From Acidobacteriota bacterium (GTDB taxonomy: Bacteria; Acidobacteriota; UBA890; WLXD01): a DNA stretch of 64,000 bases. The notes beneath the pieces are model-generated. The model did no database searches and had not been told where the DNA came from. It saw only the letters and a list, made by a program, of their open reading frames with translations. Position 1 is the stretch's first letter. The number at the start of each line of letters is the position of its first letter. Positions 9,065 to 16,913 of this stretch are shown piece by piece. A program made the position numbers and the translations under genes. The stretch lies in the NCBI GenBank assembly GCA_963666055.2, contig CAXWPH010000001.1:60791-124790 (forward strand), written 5' to 3'.

Positions 9065-9996
9065 ACCCGTACCTCACCAGCGTACGGATCGAAGGTATCA
9101 ATTTCCTCGTGAAAAACGGTGCGGATCGCGACCTCTTCGGATGCCATGACGATGCAGTCGTCGCTTTCGTACAAGACCATGGGTTTGGCGGCCATCGTGT
9201 CCTTGGCCAGCCCCAGCGCGTCGCTGGTAGCAACCAGGTAGCTGAACACCCCGTCGAGCTCGTCGACCGACTGGTGCATCGCCTCTTCGAGTGACTTGCC
9301 GCGTTGGGTCAGCTCGGCGACGTAGACGGCAATCAGCTCCGAGTCGCAGTCGGAGAGAAAGCGGTGACCGGTGCGCTCGAGCTCACGCCGCTTGCTCCAG
9401 TAGTTGGTGAGCTGACCGTTGTGCACCACGCAAACGTCGCTCACCGGATAAGCCCAGTAGGGATGGGCCGAGCGGATGTCGACGTCCGATTCCGTCGCCA
9501 TCCGTGTGTGGCCGATGGCGTGAGTGCCGACGAACTCGCCCATCTCGTACTGATCGCTGACCTCGGTGGCGTCGCCCAGATCCTTGACGAGCTCGAGCGC
9601 ATTGCCGATCGAGAGAACCTCGGCACCCTCGACGTCCTCGATGTAGTCGGCCAGACGCACCAGGCTATCGAGCTCGGGATCGAATCGAAGGCGATAGAGG
9701 AAGGCGTACTCAGTCGGCGCCTCGGCCACCTGGATCTCGCCGCCCATGGACTCGATGCGCTCGTCCACCTGCGCCCGGCGCTGCTTGATCAACTCGTGGA
9801 TCTCGAACCCGGAGTCGAGATCGTCGCTCTCGGCCACCTTGAAGCGCAACAGCAGCTCGCCTTCAGTCGGCACGCCGTAGAAGGCGAAGCCGGTCGAATC
9901 CGGGCCGCGGTGCTTCATGGCCTGGAGCATGCCGGTCATCTCGGCGCCCACGTTGCCGGTCTTGTTACGGTGAATGATTCCTGCGATTCCACACAT
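9049..9996 (-). CDS. mgsA: N-methylglutamate synthase subunit A (class II glutamine amidotransferase)
   Basis: MCGIAG N-terminus, HRGPDS, GHTRMATES, VHNGQL. Confidence 0.88.
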   Translation of the reverse strand: MCGIAGIIHRNKTGNVGAEMTGMLQAMKHRGPDSTGFAFYGVPTEGELLLRFKVAESDDLDSGFEIHELIKQRRAQVDERIESMGGEIQVAEAPTEYAFLYRLRFDPELDSLVRLADYIEDVEGAEVLSIGNALELVKDLGDATEVSDQYEMGEFVGTHAIGHTRMATESDVDIRSAHPYWAYPVSDVCVVHNGQLTNYWSKRRELERTGHRFLSDCDSELIAVYVAELTQRGKSLEEAMHQSVDELDGVFSYLVATSDALGLAKDTMAAKPMVLYESDDCIVMASEEVAIRTVFHEEIDTFDPYAGEVRVWSTN

Positions 9997-10020
9997 CGTT
10001 TCGCTATCTCCGCCGATACG

Positions 10021-11484
10021 CTACGGCAAGCAGTCCAGGTAGGTTTCGAGGTCCCATTCGGTGGTCTGAGCGAGGAACCGCTCCCACTCATCGGTCTTGT
10101 AGTGCATGAAGACGCGGTACATATCGCCGGGCAACGCTGACTTGACGACCTCGTCAGCGGCAAGCGTATCCAGGGCAGCACCGAGCGACAAGGGCAGCTT
10201 GATTACCTCCTTGCCCTCCTCGATGGCATCGTAGATGTTGCGTTCCTCGGGCGGGCCAGGGTCGGCCTTGGTGCGGATGCCGTCGTCAAACGCCGCCAGA
10301 ATCCCGGAAGCCATCAGGTAGGGATTGACCATCGAGTCGACGGCCCGGTACTCGAAGCGGTCGGGCGAAGAAACGCGCAGCCCGCAGGTACGGTTCTGGA
10401 AGCCCCAGTCGGCGAAGATCGGAGCCCAGAACCCCGTCTCGCACAGGCGACGGTAGGAATTCACCGTCGAGCAGCCGATCGCCGTGAGCGCCGGCAGATG
10501 CTCTTTCAGCCCGCCCAGGCACTGCAGCCCAAGCTCCGACGGAATGCGCTGCCCGGCCTCCGGCAAGAAGACGTTCTCACCGCCCTTCCGGTAGGTGAAG
10601 TTCTCTTCCATACCGGGTAACGGGTCGTGGCCGAGCGCCTTGACGGTGTTCTCGCCGCCGCGCCACAAGGAGACGTTGTGATGGCACCCTGATGCCGACA
10701 CCCCCATGAACGGCTTCGACATGAAGCAGGCGATCATGTTGTGCTGCTTGGCGACCTCGGCGCAGATCTGTCGATAGGTGGTCAGGCGGTCACAATTTCG
10801 GAGCGCGTCGTCGTAGGTGAAGTTGAGCTCGAGCTGTCCGGGAGCGTCCTCGTGATCGCCCTGGATGATGTCCAGACCCATGGCACGGCTGTACTCGACC
10901 ACCTGCAGCACCACCGGACGCAGCGTTTCGAACTGATCGATGTGGTAGCAGAACGGCCGCGTAACGCCGCCATCCGGCCGACCGTCGGCACCCTTCTTCA
11001 ACCACATCATCTCCGGCTCGGTACCCGCGCGCATCTCGAGTCCATGATCGGCGGTGAATTGCTCCTGCGTGCGGCGCAGGTTGCCGCGACAGTCCGACGT
11101 CAGAAAGGCCCCCGGGTTCTCCGGCTCTTCGCGGTTGCGGAAGCAGGTGCAGAAGACGCGCCCGATACGCTTTTCCCAGGGCAATTGCACGAACGTCTCC
11201 ACATCCGGGATGCCGACGAGCTCGGATGATTCCGGTCCGTAGCCGATGTAGTTGCCGTGCCGATCGGTGAACAGGTTGGCGGTGGAGCCGTAGACGAGCT
11301 GAAAGCCGTCCTCGGCGAACTTCTCCCAGTGGTCCGCGGGAGCGCCCTTACCGACGATGCGGCCGGTTACCGAGACGAACTGGTAGTAGATGTACTCGAT
11401 CCCGAGCACGTCAATCTGCCTACGAACTTCCTTGACCAGCTCGTCGCGGCCGTCGGCACGAACATAGGCTTCTAGATCGGTCAT
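10021..11484 (-). CDS. gmaS: Gamma-glutamylmethylamide synthetase (glutamine synthetase family)
   Basis: GTEPE, DHEDAPGQLE, FMSKP, GCHHNVS, NSYRRL, NRT, FEYR motifs; lies between mgd/sox and mgs genes. Confidence 0.8.
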   Translation of the reverse strand: MTDLEAYVRADGRDELVKEVRRQIDVLGIEYIYYQFVSVTGRIVGKGAPADHWEKFAEDGFQLVYGSTANLFTDRHGNYIGYGPESSELVGIPDVETFVQLPWEKRIGRVFCTCFRNREEPENPGAFLTSDCRGNLRRTQEQFTADHGLEMRAGTEPEMMWLKKGADGRPDGGVTRPFCYHIDQFETLRPVVLQVVEYSRAMGLDIIQGDHEDAPGQLELNFTYDDALRNCDRLTTYRQICAEVAKQHNMIACFMSKPFMGVSASGCHHNVSLWRGGENTVKALGHDPLPGMEENFTYRKGGENVFLPEAGQRIPSELGLQCLGGLKEHLPALTAIGCSTVNSYRRLCETGFWAPIFADWGFQNRTCGLRVSSPDRFEYRAVDSMVNPYLMASGILAAFDDGIRTKADPGPPEERNIYDAIEEGKEVIKLPLSLGAALDTLAADEVVKSALPGDMYRVFMHYKTDEWERFLAQTTEWDLETYLDCLP

Positions 11485-12197
11485 GTTCCCCTCTCAGTAC
11501 TGTCTGCAGCGATCTTTGACAGCGCATCGTGCCCGATCGGCGTGATGCCGTACTCCTCGCCCGCCTCCAGAATCGTCTCCCACACATAGGCCGCACTCGA
11601 CCGCGCTCCGACCACCGTGAAGGCGGGAAGCTGGCCAATGTCACGGCGAACGACAAGCTGTGCCGTCTTCGCGAAGCTCGTGCGCTTGGCCACCCCGTCA
11701 GGAAACGCGGCGGGGCTGAAGTCCAGGCCGCACAGCTTGCTCATGAATTCCGCTACGCGCGGGCCGATTATACGGACGCTGGCCTGCCCGTGCGTCATCA
11801 CCGTCACGGTGATCCGATGACCCGCCGATTGCGCCGCAGACTCGATCGCGCCGGCGGTCGATTCCTCATCCCCGGGGGCGGTGATGACCGAGAACAAATC
11901 GGCACGCAAACGATAGCAGCGTCCGTTCCCGACGGTCGCGCTTTCGCCGATCGCCAGTGCCGGCAGCCCGTAGGCGGCGCGCAGCGTGGTTTCCGCATCG
12001 GCGCCCTCGATCCTCAAGTTGCCATCCGCCGAGACGTCCGCGATCGCCAGCCGGTCGCGCGCCGCGGCCTGCTCCGACGCCGACTCGGTATAGGCATCTG
12101 CGATCAGCCAGCCGTCGCCGATTTCGACGAACCGCGCCCCGAGACCCTTGGTCACTCCGTACAAGGGTGTCAGCAGGGCCGGCTTCGTGGCGCTCAC
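11481..12197 (-). CDS. mgdD: N-methylglutamate dehydrogenase / sarcosine oxidase gamma-like subunit
   Basis: SKLCGLDF, RSSAAYVWETILEAG; GTGA overlap with the alpha subunit stop. Confidence 0.75.
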   Translation of the reverse strand: MSATKPALLTPLYGVTKGLGARFVEIGDGWLIADAYTESASEQAAARDRLAIADVSADGNLRIEGADAETTLRAAYGLPALAIGESATVGNGRCYRLRADLFSVITAPGDEESTAGAIESAAQSAGHRITVTVMTHGQASVRIIGPRVAEFMSKLCGLDFSPAAFPDGVAKRTSFAKTAQLVVRRDIGQLPAFTVVGARSSAAYVWETILEAGEEYGITPIGHDALSKIAADSTERGT

Positions 12198-15094
12198 GTG
12201 CGCAACCTCTTGCCCTCGGGATCGTAGAAGGCGCCGTGCCAAACGCGCGCCGACTGCGATCGGCCGTCGACGTGGATGGTGAACTCGGCACCCTCGCGAT
12301 CACCGAGCTCCGCCGGCAGCCAGCACAACCCAATGATCTCTCCGAGGGTCGGGCTCAAGCGGCAGGAGGTGATCCAGCCGATTACCTCCCGCTTGCCGTT
12401 GGATGCAGCCACGATTTGCATCCCTTCCTCGGGCTTGGCGCCGCCCGACGAGACCTTGAATCCGACCAGGCGCTGATGCGGCCCATGCTCTGCAACCCGA
12501 CTCAGGTGTCGCATCCCGAGGAAATCAGACTTGTCCAGCTTCACCGCCCATTCCATGTTCGCCATGATCGGATCGGTGAGCCCGTCGGTGTCGTGGCCAA
12601 CGATGCTATGGCCCTTCTCGAGCCGCAGGACACGCTGCGCCTCGACACCGAACGGCTTGATGCCGTGTGGCTGACCTGCGGCGATCAGCGCCTCCCAAAG
12701 ATGCACGGTGTAGCCCGACGGGCAGTGGATCTCGTAGGACAGCTCGCCGGTAAAACCGATGCGCAGGAGCTGGCACGGCACTCCTGCCACCACACCGCTG
12801 CGAACCCCCATGTAGGGGAACGCCTCGTTGGACAGGTCGACATCGGTGAGGTCGCCAAGAACCTCGCGCGCACGCGGACCGGCGAGGTTCATTGCCGCGA
12901 ACGCCTCGGTCACGTTGGTCAGGTGAAGACCCTCGCCCCAGCCCGACTGGATCCACCACTGCATCCAGTCGTACATACCGGTCGCACCGGAGGAAGTGGT
13001 GCTCATGTACCACTCCTGCTCGCCGACGCGGGCGCAGACACCATCGTCGAGCACGATGCCTTCGTCGTTGCACATCACACCGTAGCGCGCCTGGCCGACG
13101 CCCAACTTCCTCCACTTGTTGATGTAGACGCGTTGCAGCAAGTCCGGCACGCCGGGGCCGGTCAGGCGAAGCTTCCCGAGCGAGCTCACGTCGATCAGGC
13201 CCACCGCGTCGCGCACCGCTTTGACCTCGGCGATGGCGTCGCCGTAGTGCTCGGCGCGGATCCAACGTCCCGCCACCATCGGCTTGCCGCCGTTCGCCAG
13301 GTGCCAATCGTGCAGCGCGCCAAGCTGCACCGGCTCCATGTCCTGCCCGGCCAGCGTGCCGAGTGAAACCGGCGTCGCCGGCGGTCGCGAGGTCGTCGTG
13401 CCCGTGTCCGGGATCGAACGCTCCGTCGCCCGGGCGCACATCTGGATGGCGGCCATCGAGCACATCTTTCCCTGGCAGGGCCCCATCGAGACGGTGCTGT
13501 AACGCTTGAGCAGCTGCATGCTGTCGAACCCTTCGGCGATGGTCGCGAGGATGTCCTCCTCCGTGACGTCTTCGCACAGGCACACGAAGCGCTTCTTCGG
13601 CATGCCGCCCGGAACGCTCACGCGCGGCGAGCTGCGCCGGGGCTCGGAGCTCTTGAGCCGCTGCAGCTCAGCCGCCTGCGCGGCGTCCGGCGGCGGCCCG
13701 ATGCCCAGCCGGTGAGCCGCCCCCCGGCCCGCAATCGCCCCCTCCAGGAGCTGTGTCGCCAGCTCGTGCGTCCCGGCGGCGCGGCCGACGACATGAAGAT
13801 GCGACGGCAGCTCGGTCGGAAGCATCTCGGCGTGATCGGCGTCGTAGCGTGTCTTGCCGCCGGCAAGATGTGTGAGGTCGGTGTCCGGCGTCCAGCCGAC
13901 GCTGACCACCAGCAGGTCGCAGTTGATCGTCTTGCAGGTTCCCTTGTCCACGCCATCGCCGCTGGCGGTCTGAGCGATGATGGCCGCAGTAACGCCCTTC
14001 CCCCCGACCGCCTTGACCACCGTGTGCTCGTAATGAACCGGAACTCCCTGTGCCACCAGAGCCTCGCCGTGCGGACTCGCGCACGCCTCGGCAGGGCGCT
14101 CATCGACGATCGCAGCCACCTCCACCCCCGCGGCACGCAGATCAGAAGCGACGTCCCAGCCGTCGTCGTTGGCAGTGGCGACCAGCGCCCGCCGCCCGGC
14201 GGCCACACCGAACTGGTGCAGCAGTCGTCGAACGGCGCCGCCCAGCATCACCCCGGGCAAATCGTTGTTTTCGAACTGCAGCGGCCGCTCGAAGGCCCCG
14301 GTAGCCGCCACCAGCGAACCCAGGCGGACCTTGAAGAGACGGTTACCTGACTTCGCTGCTAGCCAATCCTTCCGATACCACCCCAGCACCGAGGTATTGG
14401 TCAGCACCTCGACATTGTCCATGCCGGCGAGCCCGCTTCGCAGCCGCTCGACCGCAGCCGTCTCGGAGTCCGGTCGCGCGCCGGCAAATCTGAGATGGCC
14501 GCCGAGCTCAGCGTTCTCGTCGATCAGCAGCACGCGCGCACCGCTCTTGCCGGCCGCATGGGCCGCGCTGATCCCCGCCGGGCCGCCGCCGGCAACCACG
14601 ATGTCGGCGTGCAGATAGCGCTTGTCGTACTTGCCGCGGGGTGTTTTCGGATCGACCACGCCAAGGCCGGCAGCATGGCGCAGCACATGCTCGTAGAAGG
14701 GCCACAGCCACTTCGGCCGAATGAACGTCTTGTAGTAGAAACCGGCGGGCATGAAGCGCGACGCGAACCGCGACAGCGACAGAAGGTCGAACCGCAGCGA
14801 CGGCCAGGCGTTCTGCGAGCGCACCTGAATGCCCTCTTCGACCGGCCGCATGCAGGCGCGGACGTTGGGCTCGTCGCCTATCTGAACCAGGCAGTTAGGA
14901 CAGTGACCCGAGCAACAAAGCAGACCCCGAGGCCGGTGGTACTTGAACGACCGGCTGATCACCCGCACTCCCGACGCGGCCAGCGCCGAGCCGATCGTGT
15001 CGCCCTCGTGCGCCATCACCTTCCTGCCGTCGAACGTAAACGCGAGGCTCGACGATCGGTCGATCGAACTGCCGCCAGCCGGCAGGCGCTTCAC
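12194..15094 (-). CDS. mgdC: N-methylglutamate dehydrogenase / sarcosine oxidase alpha-like subunit
   Basis: SRSFKYHRPRG, GGGPAG, CLCEDV, KRYSTVSMGPCQGKMC, GcvT-like C-terminus (GFTGELSYE, LRLEKG). Confidence 0.88.
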   Translation of the reverse strand: MKRLPAGGSSIDRSSSLAFTFDGRKVMAHEGDTIGSALAASGVRVISRSFKYHRPRGLLCCSGHCPNCLVQIGDEPNVRACMRPVEEGIQVRSQNAWPSLRFDLLSLSRFASRFMPAGFYYKTFIRPKWLWPFYEHVLRHAAGLGVVDPKTPRGKYDKRYLHADIVVAGGGPAGISAAHAAGKSGARVLLIDENAELGGHLRFAGARPDSETAAVERLRSGLAGMDNVEVLTNTSVLGWYRKDWLAAKSGNRLFKVRLGSLVAATGAFERPLQFENNDLPGVMLGGAVRRLLHQFGVAAGRRALVATANDDGWDVASDLRAAGVEVAAIVDERPAEACASPHGEALVAQGVPVHYEHTVVKAVGGKGVTAAIIAQTASGDGVDKGTCKTINCDLLVVSVGWTPDTDLTHLAGGKTRYDADHAEMLPTELPSHLHVVGRAAGTHELATQLLEGAIAGRGAAHRLGIGPPPDAAQAAELQRLKSSEPRRSSPRVSVPGGMPKKRFVCLCEDVTEEDILATIAEGFDSMQLLKRYSTVSMGPCQGKMCSMAAIQMCARATERSIPDTGTTTSRPPATPVSLGTLAGQDMEPVQLGALHDWHLANGGKPMVAGRWIRAEHYGDAIAEVKAVRDAVGLIDVSSLGKLRLTGPGVPDLLQRVYINKWRKLGVGQARYGVMCNDEGIVLDDGVCARVGEQEWYMSTTSSGATGMYDWMQWWIQSGWGEGLHLTNVTEAFAAMNLAGPRAREVLGDLTDVDLSNEAFPYMGVRSGVVAGVPCQLLRIGFTGELSYEIHCPSGYTVHLWEALIAAGQPHGIKPFGVEAQRVLRLEKGHSIVGHDTDGLTDPIMANMEWAVKLDKSDFLGMRHLSRVAEHGPHQRLVGFKVSSGGAKPEEGMQIVAASNGKREVIGWITSCRLSPTLGEIIGLCWLPAELGDREGAEFTIHVDGRSQSARVWHGAFYDPEGKRLRT

Positions 15095-15390
15095 GGCTTC
15101 GCCCCTGTTTCAGAATCCGGACCCGCGTTGTCGTCCGGGCGCCACAGGTAGGTGCGCAATATCTCGCCCGTCTTGGTGTGCCGCTCGGCAAGGAACCACA
15201 GGCCGCAGCCGGTGCCGTGGTGCCACCACTCCTTCTGCACTCCCACCTTGTTGCTGCGCAGATGCAGGTAGTCGACCCACTCGGCTTCGCTGGCGCCGGC
15301 CGGATCGGCCGGCCGGGGATTGTACTCGTTGCCGAAGTGGAACTCGCTCACGTTCCTCGGGCCGCAATTGGGACAGGTCAGTAGCAGCAC
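15091..15390 (-). CDS. mgdB: N-methylglutamate dehydrogenase / sarcosine oxidase delta-like subunit
   Basis: CPNCGPR...EWWHHGTGC zinc motif. Confidence 0.88.
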   Translation of the reverse strand: MLLLTCPNCGPRNVSEFHFGNEYNPRPADPAGASEAEWVDYLHLRSNKVGVQKEWWHHGTGCGLWFLAERHTKTGEILRTYLWRPDDNAGPDSETGAKP

Positions 15391-15436
15391 GGCGTCGTCC
15401 TGCTCCTATGCATCAGCGCTAGCCTCACTGCTCGCA

Positions 15437-16675
15437 TCAATGCCCAACCGAGGCGGCACCGCCCTCTCCGACGAGATCGTACTCGGCGAATCGAGACAGC
15501 CGGAATGGGCGAATCAGGTCGGGAGTACGCCCGGTAGCAAGCAACTCGGCCAGGGTCTTGCCGCAGATCGGCGACGCCTTGAAGCCATAGGTGCCCCAAC
15601 CCAGATCGATGTGGAACCCCTCCACCGGGGTCTTGCCCATGATCGGGCTGTAGTCGGGCGTCATGTCACAGAGACCGGCCCACTGTCGAAGGACACGCAC
15701 CTTCGGCAGGCACGGGAACAGCGCCAGCAGATGCCCTGCCAGCGTCTCGAGGAAGTCGAGCGACGAGTTCATCGAATACGAGGCGTACGGGTCGACGCTG
15801 CCGCCGCACACGAGCTCACCGCGATCCGACTGGCTGACGTAGGCGTGCAGGCTGCCGGAAACGATCACCACGTTGAGGAACGGCTTCAGTGGCTCGGTGA
15901 CGAACGCCTGCAGCGGGCGCGTCGACATGGGGAGCTTCACGCCTGCCATGTCGGAGATGATCGCCCCCCAACCGGCGGTAGCGTTGAGCACGGTGTCGGT
16001 CTTGATCCGTCCCCGTGTGGTCTGGACGCCGATGACCTTGCCGTTCTGGATGTCTATTCCGGTGGCGGCGGTGTTCTGGTGGATATGCACGCCACGCGCG
16101 TCGGCCTGATGGGCGTAGCCCCACACCACCGCGTCATGGCGAATGATGCCGCCGGGAGGGTGGTAGAGGGCCGCCAGAATCGGATATCGCGGCCGGTCGC
16201 TGAGGTCCAAATCCGGGCACAGCCTGGCGATCTCCTCGGGGAAGATCAGCCTCGAATCGACGCCGACCAGCCGGTTGGTCTCGGCGCGTCGCCGCATCGT
16301 GATCACCGAGGAGTCGCTGTGTGCCAGCGTCAGGTGTCCGCGCTGCCCCAGCATGACGTTGAAGTCGAGGTCACGGGCCAAGTCTTCGTAGAGCTTGAGG
16401 CTGGCGTCGTAGAAACGCACCCCGTCCGGCGTCAGGTAGTTGCTACGTACGATGGCGGTATTGCGCCCGCTCCCACCCGAACCGATGTAGGTCTTTTCGA
16501 CGACCGCGACATCAGTGATGCCGTGGTCTTTGGCGAGGTGGTAGGCGCACGCAAGCCCATGCGCACCACCCCCGATGATGACCGCCTCATAGCTGTCCCG
16601 CAGCGAGTGCTGGCGCCACATACGTGGTAGTCGCTGGCGACCGGCCAGGGCTTCGCGGAACAGCTTTAGTGACAT
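15437..16675 (-). CDS. mgdA: N-methylglutamate dehydrogenase / sarcosine oxidase beta-like subunit
   Basis: IIGGGAHG, GRNTAIVRSNY, RHDAVVWGYA, GWGTYGFK; start reassigned to ATG 16675 (MSLKLFREAL). Confidence 0.88.
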   Translation of the reverse strand: MSLKLFREALAGRQRLPRMWRQHSLRDSYEAVIIGGGAHGLACAYHLAKDHGITDVAVVEKTYIGSGGSGRNTAIVRSNYLTPDGVRFYDASLKLYEDLARDLDFNVMLGQRGHLTLAHSDSSVITMRRRAETNRLVGVDSRLIFPEEIARLCPDLDLSDRPRYPILAALYHPPGGIIRHDAVVWGYAHQADARGVHIHQNTAATGIDIQNGKVIGVQTTRGRIKTDTVLNATAGWGAIISDMAGVKLPMSTRPLQAFVTEPLKPFLNVVIVSGSLHAYVSQSDRGELVCGGSVDPYASYSMNSSLDFLETLAGHLLALFPCLPKVRVLRQWAGLCDMTPDYSPIMGKTPVEGFHIDLGWGTYGFKASPICGKTLAELLATGRTPDLIRPFRLSRFAEYDLVGEGGAASVGH

Positions 16676-16748
16676 GCTAGACAACGGGGGGGGGTAGCGG
16701 GCTCGGGGAAGCGACTCTCGGGAGAACCCCGAGCGCTTCGTATCGCAG

Positions 16749-16777
16749 AGAATACCCGCTGCACTTTTGACCGGCAA
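16749..16777 (-). promoter_or_regulatory. Putative sigma70 promoter of the methylamine operon
   Basis: Minus strand TTGCCG-N17-TATTCT about 70 nt upstream of the first gene. Confidence 0.5.
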
Positions 16778-16913
16778 GCGGGCAACTCGGGGCTTTCCGG
16801 ACCTCTCGACCAAATCTCGTGAGGCTGTTTCAGGGTCCTTGACAGGCCGACCGAGCCAACTGAACCTGCTCAGATGCCCCTCGAAATCTCCGTCTCCAAA
16901 GGATGCCCGTCAG

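Noticed and set aside
10021-11484. Annotation as housekeeping glnA, with 6870-9996 as a split glutamate synthase
   Set aside because: Context with sarcosine-oxidase-like subunits and tdm fits the GmaS/Mgs N-methylglutamate pathway better
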